64,000 bases of DNA from Eledone cirrhosa (lineage: Eukaryota), in the NCBI GenBank assembly GCA_964016885.1, contig OZ024742.1:115816001-115880000 (forward strand), written 5' to 3'. The number at the start of each line of letters is the position of its first letter. Position 1 is the stretch's first letter. Positions 54,827-64,000 of the stretch are shown one piece after another. Made by a program: the position numbers and the translations under genes. The notes under the pieces are model-generated. The model was given only the letters and a program-made list of their open reading frames with translations, was not told where the DNA came from and did not search any database.

Positions 54827-55260
54827 TAAGTATGTATACGTACATACATATATGCAGACAGACGTACATTAGTATGCATATATATACATACATGACCACA
54901 TATGTATATGTACGTATGGATTTACCGAGCATTTATTACAATGCTCGGTTTGTTTGTAAACACACATCCCGAATTAAGGCGTACAGTGTCTAGCAACCAT
55001 CGTTGCCCTCTTGTTCAACACAACGATGGTTGCTAGACACTGTACGGCTTAATTTGGGATGTTTGTTTACAAACAAACCGAGCATTATAATAAATGCTCG
55101 GTAAATCCATACGTACATATATACATGTGTGCATGTATCTATATATATGCATACTACTGTACGTCTGTATGCATATATGTATGTATGTATACATACTTGT
55201 ATTTAAGTAACAGCCGTACTAAGAGTGAGAAATGAAATTTCGTTTCATTTTTTCCGTTTA
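54821..55260. repeat. Inverted (fold-back) duplication of part of the hammerhead repeat family, arms about 185 bp, spacer 15 bp
   Basis: 54821-55005 is the reverse complement of 55021-55205. The sequence is homologous to 46580-46780 and to the array unit, and stops before the hammerhead. Confidence 0.88.
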
Positions 55261-55288
55261 TATATATATATATAATAACAGAAAAAAA

Positions 55289-55323
<35 letters not shown>

Positions 55324-55377
55324 AATATATATATATGTATATGCGTGTGTATGTGTGTGTATATATATTTATATTCT

Positions 55378-55455
55378 CGGGCCGCGTGATGTGTTGTTTC
55401 CTTGAGCAAGACACTTTACCTTACGTTGCTACAGTTTACTCAGCTGTAGAAATTA
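55378..55455 (+). mobile_element. CORE-SINE-like fragment
   Basis: GTGTTGTTTCCTTGAGCAAGACACTTTACC..ACTCAGCTGTA resembles the CORE domain. Confidence 0.5.
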
Positions 55456-56039
55456 GATGATAGGACTCGGATGCCTATCATTAAATTACCGAAAACACCA
55501 CCAACGAGATATACCTTGGAGTAGGCCGGCTAAACCTGCATATGTGTGAGCTGTCACACACACAAACACACATATACACACACACATACACACACACAAA
55601 CATAATTTTAAGTGAACGTGACCCAACGGGTCACGGGTGGTCTTTTATATATATATAAACCCATTTGAGGTTGGGAATAAGTTGTTTCCCATATATGTTC
55701 TAAATCTGTTCAAGATAAGGTGATTGTAAATATTTAACAGCCAACTGTTCAGATTATGTAAATATAGATCATCACATATTATGGCCTTCCACCGTCTAAT
55801 CGATGAAATAAGAAATCATGAAAAAGAAACCCTATAGCCATTTGCAGACCTTCCAAAATCGTTTCATACCATTAACCATGAGCTTATGTTTGAGGTTCTA
55901 TTTGCCTACAGTATTCAGCACTAAGATGATAATGGAATCAGGATCAAGTTCGAAAACACTCTCGCTGCAGTAATGAGAGCATAATGAAAAGTTGACTTTT
56001 CCCAGGTAGTCAGAGCTTTACTTTACGGTGAACCCCTTG

Positions 56040-56880
56040 CATCGTATTTATTTATCACTATAATTTACTATGCATTATGTGTTGTTATTGCCGATTTGTA
56101 TGGCTTCACACTGCAAAAGCGTAGAAGCACGAGACATCCTTCACAACACTTAGCATATATAAAATTTACTGATGACAGATTCAATGAGTACGGTGAGGGT
56201 CTCGCACACAAGCTAGAAATTTCTGTTCTAGCTATGGAACGCTTTCTGCATTTAAACAAACCAAACACCCGACCATCAACTCAAATCAAGCAATAAAGAT
56301 CAAATAATTAAGCAATACACTTCTTTAAACAGTAGACAATTTCAAATAACTTACTGCTTACACAAACACGTCAAATGTTATGAACATTAGAATAGCTCAA
56401 GCATGGTGTGTCGTGAACACATTAGATATAGTGTGGAAATCTAACAAAACACAAAAGCAAATGATAAATTATTCAAAGCTTTTGTGGAATTAATCTTACA
56501 GTAGTTCTGTGAGTGACGGTCGGAGACAATACCTATCAAGATTTAGATGGTTGCTACACACGAATGCTAAAATGAATATAAAACATCTAATTTATTGATC
56601 ATTTTACAACACTAACTTCTCAACGACACCCTCTCACCCATTAGCCATACAATCCGTGTCAGGCGTCTTCAAATTGTAAGTCATATCATGAGAGGTAATG
56701 ACCCTGCTTCAAAGGATTTATTATGGGAGCCCACTAATGTGAAACGCAAACGCGGAAGAATTTTCAATACATTAAAGACAAGAGAAAGATACAAAACTAC
56801 CCGGTGGAGAACTGAAGCAGTTAATGCCTGATCCTGTGAGATGGAAAGGTGTGATCATGTCAACACAACTAAGTGGGGGG
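56040..56880 (+). mobile_element. Old, heavily degenerate RTE-like 3' region
   Basis: Remnant motifs KFTDD, DGCYTRML, GHIMR-like and LWEPTN.KRKRGR parallel the 49.6-kb family. Confidence 0.65.
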
Positions 56881-56938
56881 ATTCAGTAGTAGTAGTCGTG
56901 TGTGTATGTACCAACACATATGTATACACCCCATATAC

Positions 56939-56987
<49 letters not shown>

Positions 56988-57113
56988 GGTGTGTGTATAT
57001 ATATATATATATATATAGATACATATATATAGATACCTATATATTTATATATATATATTTATATATATGATAAAGAACACAAGAGCGTCTAAAACATCAA
57101 AAGATCTTTATTT

Positions 57114-57157
57114 GCTTACAATGTTTCTTCCTTACGTAACCGTAAGTACTTCAGAGC
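57114..57157 (-). ncRNA. Degenerate hammerhead-like motif (possible PLE pLTR remnant)
   Basis: Minus strand: gcu CUGAAGU a cuuacg guua cguaag gaa GAAA cauug UA agc. Core A9 is changed to U. Confidence 0.4.
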
Positions 57158-59211
57158 TATAAAAGGGGTTCGATTGGTGTTATGGACTCTACCAACCAAA
57201 CATTCAAGAACAAAGAGTAAAGAGAGTAAAGAGCAAAAGCAGGGGACGATAAGTCTAATTTTGGTGCGGGAGGGTGGGGTGTGAGTCCTTGTTTACTAGC
57301 TGTGGTCATATTAATTCCCGCGAGTCGAGTGGTTAGTGGAGACATAGATGGGGTGGCGTCAATAGTAAGGTGCAGAGGCTGCACACACACACAGGGCATA
57401 CAATATATATATAACGGAGGAGAAAGTACATGAGGTAATTAGAAATGGAATAAGAGTAATAATAATAATCTATAATTAATAATGTATAATAAGGCATGGG
57501 GAAGATTACACTATAATAAGGTATAAAAGTAAGAATAAGGTAAAATATAAAGGAGGATAAGAGTGAAAATAAGAATAAAGATAAAAAAATATATATATAA
57601 AAAATATATAGAGAATATATAAAAACATATAAGCAAGTATTAGGAGGGAAAAACACAATGTAAAAAAACCGATTTTGTCAAATAAAAATATTATAAATAT
57701 GGGGGGAGAAAACGGGATAGAGAAATATAATCAAATGTGATTAGTTGAAAGAATATAAGATGATAATAGTTATGTCAAGTTTATGCATCTTAATAATAAA
57801 TAATCTGTATATCAGAGTTACACATCCTTCAAATCACTTGCAAGTTCAACCCACGTGGCATGGTACATTGCTCATCTGTGCGGTCGTGTGCGTTTGTGTT
57901 TGACACCACAGCAGATGCACAAGTTCGTAAATTTCAATGCAGATAGAAATCTATTTTTGCTCACCCAGACATTGACGGAGGATCCAATATTCCTAGTTCA
58001 TTGCCGACCCAATATGTGTGTGGTGTTATTTTGGTCGCACAAATCAATCACTTGGTTCAATATTATGGAGTATGGTTTTCTGGTCTCCGTTACACTATCA
58101 GTGGTTGTATATCTCGAAATCACAAGGATCACAGTACTCCGGTTTGGTGTGATTATCGGTCATCCAACTATGTTGTTGGTGGTTGGATTCAATTCTATTG
58201 CCCAGAACGTAGAACTTTGGTGTTGATTGAACATTAACGAGGCAGAGTGAGATCGCATCTGTGGTACAAAACGGTACGCAAGGAAATTCTTCGTCTTCGT
58301 TTCATCCGGGTCTAGCAGTCACGTGCAAGAACCGCTACGTAGTAATTGTGAGGGTAAGCGGTCAAGATAGTACCTGACCGAAAATTGTCTTGGGAATTCA
58401 GACAGTCATGACAGGTACATTTAGGTCAGCAGTTTCTTCATGTGTACGTGTGTCCGATACACACAGACACATATTTGTATGTATTTCAACTTAAAAAATT
58501 CAATTGATTCGCTTATTGATATTATATCTCTGTTGCTCCGATGTGCATGTTGTGATGTTCTGGTCGTGTTTACCATTCACTGTGTTTTGCCATTACCTTG
58601 GAATGTGATGTTTTGGTCATCAATAGTCCGGCAAGCGCATTTCTCTCTTATATTGTGGAGAATGGTGTTCTGGTAATCAGTAAACATTTGGGTCAGCAGG
58701 AGGGGTGGTGGTTCTCAGTTTCAACTGCGACAATACATATGTGTTACTCTACATATCATGCTCCTCTCAAAGAAGAGTATTATAGGAGGAATTCATGCCA
58801 AACCCCGCATATAGAGAAGACTTCTACAGAAAAAAGATATATACATACACACATATATACATATCATACACACACATACACATATATACACATATACAAA
58901 CATATATATACATATTACATATACACACACATACAATATATATGTATATAATATATATATATATATATATACAATGTATATGTATGCAATATACATATAT
59001 ATGCATGTATGCATGTACACATGCACACATATATACATACATATGTGTGTGTGTATGTGTGTGTGAGAGAACAGGAGAATACACACACACACACACACCT
59101 GGTAGGGGACTGTTCCACCCATAGGCTACCTATCTATCTGGGTTATGGGTTGGGGGGGTTATAGTCAAGGAGGGGTATGTCTAGGTGGGGGTTGCGTAAT
59201 ATACGTTACGT

Positions 59212-60790
59212 CTATGTGCTAGGTTTAAAATAGAAGAAGGAACTCAGGATTTTGTGTTGGCAAGAGGAGAAAATTTCCGATTTCCCGTTAAGCAGGTTCA
59301 GTTTAGAGTGTATTATGGCATGGCATTCCAGTAAACACAGTTCACAACTCCCGCTCTGCGGTCAGTATGGCGTGGATCTAGTAAGTTTCCTCTAAAAAAG
59401 TTTGTATGGGGTATTATTATTTTTTAAAAAGGAGATGTATCCCGCTAGTGAGGTGGCATTCTTATGTCTATCGTGACTAAATGTGCACATATGCGCGTTA
59501 TATCTAGTTTTAAATGTATTGGACGTTGATCCTATATATGTTTTGGTAGAGTTGTGTGTGGTTACGTCACATGCATATACGATATGTTTCATGAGGCAAG
59601 CCCACCTTAGGGGACAGTTACTACTCTGCCTACAATTGCAACTGCGGGTTCGATCAGTTAGCGTACCTCCCGAACTTTGGTTACTAGCATTATCACTAGG
59701 TGCCTCTATATCATTAGATGGCTCAGTAATGCTATTATGTTGCCTATTTTCCAGTGTAGTCGGTTGCTGGTGGTTACCTGCCATTTTAATTGTTTCGAAA
59801 CCTTCCCTAGTTTTCCAAATGTTCGTGCGTGCTAGGTGTGATGCGAGGTTAGGTGTGGTCGCATAGGATAATTTAATCACGTTTTTGTTAATTATGATGC
59901 GATATCTATGGCCTGTTGCGAAGTGTTTTTCTAATAATGAGAAGAATATTCTGGGGTGGTTAGTGACGACCTCAGAGTTAAAAGGTGGGTTAAAACACAT
60001 GTTTTTCCTTCTTCTATTTTTCTTATCTGTGGGGTGAGTCTCATTACTGTGCGTACTATTTTGTAGGGTTCCGTTATTAACATTAGTGGCGCTGTCTGTT
60101 TTGCTTATGCCCGGATGGTTTATATTCATGGCATGATCATTTGCTGCTTTAGAGTTGTGGTGAGGGACTCTAGTATTGCCTCTACGTGGTTTACATTTAG
60201 CTGGGTTACCGCCATTAGGCTTCTTAATATTATTCTTGCCTCTACGTTGGTTAGGCTTTGCGGCCATACTATGTGTGATTATGTTGGTAGGTTTCACACT
60301 TATGGTTTGGTAGTCCTTATGTATATATGATAATCTATTCCCGTAACCAGATTCTGCTAGGGCCTTGTCATAATACTCTGCATTGGAGTTGAAGATACTC
60401 TCATTACAGGACAGTCTGCTAATTCTATTAGAGACCCCCTTGGGAATAGCATTTAGGACTGATTTGGGGTGGTTGGAGCTGGCGTTTACACATGTTAGTC
60501 TATCATTAGGTTTATGGTAGGGTGCAAATGTTTTAGTTTCGAGGTCTAGGGTGGCGTCTAGGAAGTTTACTGTTTTGTCATTTACATCTATGGTAATATT
60601 AGGTTAAAGCCTTTCAAGAACCTACGTAACTGTTTCCTAGTGCTTTCTATATTGTACTTTTTATACTCGAGAGTGAAGAGGGCGTCGTCACGATATAAGC
60701 CGCCCTTCAGGTGCGGTATTGTCTCATGTAACTCCTTTAAGCGGTACAATCCTACCAGGTCCGTTACTTGTGCAGAGTCACTAGATCCCA
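59212..60790 (-). mobile_element. Penelope-like element (Naiad-type): 3' part of RT plus GIY-YIG, 5'-truncated
   Basis: Motifs [77 protein letters not shown] and CELCLLE..LLN..E..SCQH. Confidence 0.9.
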
Positions 60791-60846
60791 TATGTAAGTA
60801 TGTATATATATATATATATACATGTGTGTACATGTATATACGTATG

Positions 60847-60901
<55 letters not shown>

Positions 60902-61198
60902 TGAAACAAAATGAAAACGAAATTTCATTTCTCACTCTTAGTATGGCACTTACTTAAATGTAAGTATGCATGTATACGTACATACATATATGTATACAGA
61001 CGTACAGTAGCATGCACATATATATATATATATACATATATATATACATATGCATACAGGTACACATACATATATGCACGTATCAGTTTAGCGGCGCTAA
61101 CGTCGCTTTGTTCGTTTGTAAACAAACTGAACAGCCTGAATTTATGCCATACGGTGTTAAGGCAACCACGTCACCTTTTTGTTCAACACTGACACAGG

Positions 61199-61243
61199 AA
61201 CGATGTACTAGTTTCAAGCTTGTTAGCTATCATCAGCACCGTT
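61199..61243 (-). ncRNA. Minimal type I hammerhead ribozyme, family A, array unit 1
   Basis: Minus strand: aacggug CUGAUGA u agcu aaca agcu u GAAA cuag UA caucguu; cleavage predicted after GUA, between 61206 and 61205. Confidence 0.85.
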
Positions 61244-61664
61244 TACCCATCTGCCAGATAGTTGAACGTTCGAAAGTATATACTTTCCTTATGAAAATTA
61301 ACGGCTGAGCAGCCTAATTTGCATATTGAGTGAGTTAAATCGGTCAGGCATACCGGAAACGATAAATTGAAACAAAATGAAAACGAAATTTCATTTCTCA
61401 CTCTTAGTATGGCACTTACTTAAATGTAAGTATGCATGTATACGTACATACATATATGTATACAGACGTACAGTAGCATGCACATATATATATATATATA
61501 CATATATATATACATATGCATACAGGTACACATACATATATGCACGTATCAGTTTAGCGGCGCTAACGTCGCTTTGTTCGTTTGTAAACAAACTGAACAG
61601 CCTGAATTTATGCCATACGGTGTTAAGGCAACCACGTCACCTTTTTGTTCAACACTGACACAGG

Positions 61665-61709
61665 AACGATGTACTAGTTTCAAGCTTGTTAGCTATCATC
61701 AGCACCGTT
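61665..61709 (-). ncRNA. Minimal type I hammerhead ribozyme, family A, array unit 2
   Basis: Identical to unit 1, offset +466. Confidence 0.85.
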
Positions 61710-62130
61710 TACCCATCTGCCAGATAGTTGAACGTTCGAAAGTATATACTTTCCTTATGAAAATTAACGGCTGAGTAGCCTAATTTGCATATTGAGTGAG
61801 TTAAATCGGTCAGGCATACCGAAAACGATAAATTGAAACAAAATGAAAACGAAATTTCATTTCTCACTCTTAGTATGGCACTTACTTAAATGTAAGTATG
61901 CATGTATACGTACATACATATATGTATACAGACGTACAGTAGCATGCACATATATATATATATATACATATATATATACATATGCATACAGGTACACATA
62001 CATATATGCACGTATCAGTTTAGCGGCGCTAACGTCGCTTTGTTCGTTTGTAAACAAACTGAACAGCCTGAATTTATGCCATACGGTGTTAAGGCAACCA
62101 CGTCACCTTTTTGTTCAACACTGACACAGG

Positions 62131-62175
62131 AACGATGTACTAGTTTCAAGCTTGTTAGCTATCATCAGCACCGTT
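62131..62175 (-). ncRNA. Minimal type I hammerhead ribozyme, family A, array unit 3
   Basis: Identical to unit 1, offset +932. Confidence 0.85.
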
Positions 62176-62479
62176 TACCCATCTGCCAGATAGTTGAACG
62201 TTCGAAAGTATATACTTTCCTTATGAAAATTAACGGCTGAGCAGCCTAATTTGCATATTGAGTGAGTTAAATCGGTCAGGCATACCGAAAACGATAAATT
62301 GAAACAAAATGAAAACGAAATTTCATTTCTCACTCTTAGTATGGCACTTACTTAAATGTAAGTATGCATGTATACGTACATACATATATGTATACAGACG
62401 TACAGTAGCATGCACATATATATATATATATATATATATATAGTGTCCGCGCATTGCCTGGAGACTCAGCTGAGAATAG

Positions 62480-62561
62480 ACTCCCTGATGACGCAATGAA
62501 TTCTCGACAGTTGGATTACGTAACTGTCTTTATCCCATTGCAGAAACTAATTAGTTGGAGT
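62480..62561 (+). ncRNA. Type I hammerhead ribozyme, family B (extended stem II)
   Basis: acucc CUGAUGA c gcaaug ...[gacaguu-ggauuacgu-aacuguc]... cauugc a GAAA cuaauuag UU ggagu. Confidence 0.82.
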
Positions 62562-62628
62562 GAAAATGTAAGTAAGTAAAAAATTTTTTAAAAATTTTTT
62601 AAAAAATATTTTCTTATTTTACGTCTTT

Positions 62629-62672
<44 letters not shown>

Positions 62673-62776
62673 CGTATATAGATGTATACACATGTATATA
62701 TATATATATATACATACATACATACATACATACATACATACATACATACATACATACATACATACATACATACATA

Positions 62777-64000
62777 CGATCAGTCGCATATTTTGGCGTG
62801 GGACACTATTTATTAAATTTAAGATGAATACTATCTACGACAGTAATGCCACAACTACAGTCATGTTGAATAACTGGTTATTCTTCTAACTATATCTTCT
62901 AAAGACACCTTTTATTCGAATACGTAGAGATATCCGACTAAATACATAATTCATTTAACAAGGATTTTCTACAAACAGCATGGCTGAATACAACATCAAC
63001 AACAAAATTAAGGATGTATCGAAGACAAACAACGAGAAAGGTAAACAAAATGTATTCAGTTGTAGCTACAGAAGAAACCGAAATTATAAATCGCATTTCT
63101 CTTGGAGGTGCGAAATTAATGACGATTTATCTAATTGTTCTAAAATGGCAAACACAAATCTCTCCATTGGCTATATGAAGAGAATGAAGCTACACTGGGA
63201 CGAAATAAATCCAGAACTAAATCACTTCACAGCGAAACAATTACGCCAACAACCGACGTTTGTTGAACGTAAAAATAAGATAAATATTATTAATTGTAAC
63301 TCCCCCACAACAAACATGGAATCAACAACAAGTGCTACAGGTCGCCATGATAATAGACTTCCTAGCAGCCAGGTCGAACATTGCCTTGACACAACTATGC
63401 CTGTAAGAAACTTGACACCACGTGTACCATCTAACTCTACCTCGAATGCTGGGGAAAACACTATCGATAATAATAATAATCGAAGAAATAATAATAATAA
63501 TAATCGAAGACATTTGACACCACGTGTAACATCCGAGTCTATCTCGACTCTTGTGGACAATACTATCGATAATGATAATCAAAAGTATAAACAATTGAAA
63601 ATTTCGCTCAACGAAATCTTCCAGAGAGAAATTAATTCATGTATAAATATCTTTCTTGCTGCACGTATTAAAACAAGAATATTTAGTAAAAAACCAAATA
63701 ATGAAATATTACGTGCTATTGACGGAATAGGGAATGAATATTTACGACGGATAAAATCCCCAACATTTTGGCAAATCAACGCCTGTTTATATGTCTTAGC
63801 AACGACAGTGAAGCATTATCTTGGTGATAGCAGTGATATTAACATGAACAAAACACCACCAAAAATATCATCATATATGACTAAAATAGAAAAAAAGATT
63901 GCTGACCTACGAAAAACCATAGGATATGTGACAATGCTCCTTACATGCAAACAAACACAATAGAACCTCACTCCTCACCAACAAAGAGTGAAAAATAAAA
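62777..64000 (+). mobile_element. 5' part of an R4-clade-like retrotransposon (N-terminal ORF 62980-63963), starting after (TACA)n
   Basis: FSWRCEINDDLSNC..GYMKRMKLHWDEINP..KQLRQQ aligns by eye with NWTKELNRTVMQCY..GYSKRMHNIWNE..QKLAGQ of Dong copy 2. KIEKKIADLRKTIG resembles RLSGQIREMRNDIG. RT lies outside the window. Confidence 0.65.

Larger units (their letters stand above)
60896..62430 (-). repeat. Tandem array of 466-bp units (about 3.3 copies), each full unit with a hammerhead ribozyme; retrozyme-like
   Basis: The anchor TTGAAACAAAATG falls at 60901, 61367, 61833 and 62299. Only two substitutions are seen among units, and the ORF track triplicates exactly. Confidence 0.95.

Noticed and set aside
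59360-59395. In-frame TGA in the Naiad-type GIY-YIG as possible selenocysteine
   Set aside because: The TGA is not at a conserved Cys position and lies near a TAG replacing Trp, so simple decay is more likely. No SECIS was recognised.
60911-62240. Triplicated short ORFs (93, 66 and 112 aa) in the array
   Set aside because: They include microsatellite-derived residues, show no protein motif and are not preserved intact in the diverged copies. The conserved feature is the RNA structure.
60896-62430. CRISPR-like array
   Set aside because: The units are wholly repeated with no unique spacers, the context is eukaryotic, and there are no cas genes.

Overview
Eukaryotic, AT-rich, microsatellite-dense DNA made almost entirely of decayed retroelements. 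The SINE types and repeat make-up suggest a coleoid cephalopod (Octopus-like), which is my inference. Bases 1-27.5 kb hold nested non-LTR elements of two unrelated families that share one target: R4/Dong-like elements (RLE endonuclease) on the + strand and Tx1/L1-like elements (APE endonuclease) on the - strand, nearly all joined at (TAA)n tracts. The window also contains RTE, CRE and Penelope-like (GIY-YIG, Naiad-type) fragments, tRNA-derived SINEs, Helitron-like ends and one candidate two-exon host gene for a 12-Cys protein. The strongest unannotated signal is RNA. A near-perfect 466-bp tandem array (60896-62430) carries a minimal type I hammerhead ribozyme in each full unit (retrozyme-like), with dispersed, covarying and fold-back relatives at 46.4 kb and 54.8 kb. 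A second hammerhead family with an extended stem II occurs twice (45277-45359 and 62480-62561) with compensatory base changes. Coordinates were read by eye, so element ends are approximate.
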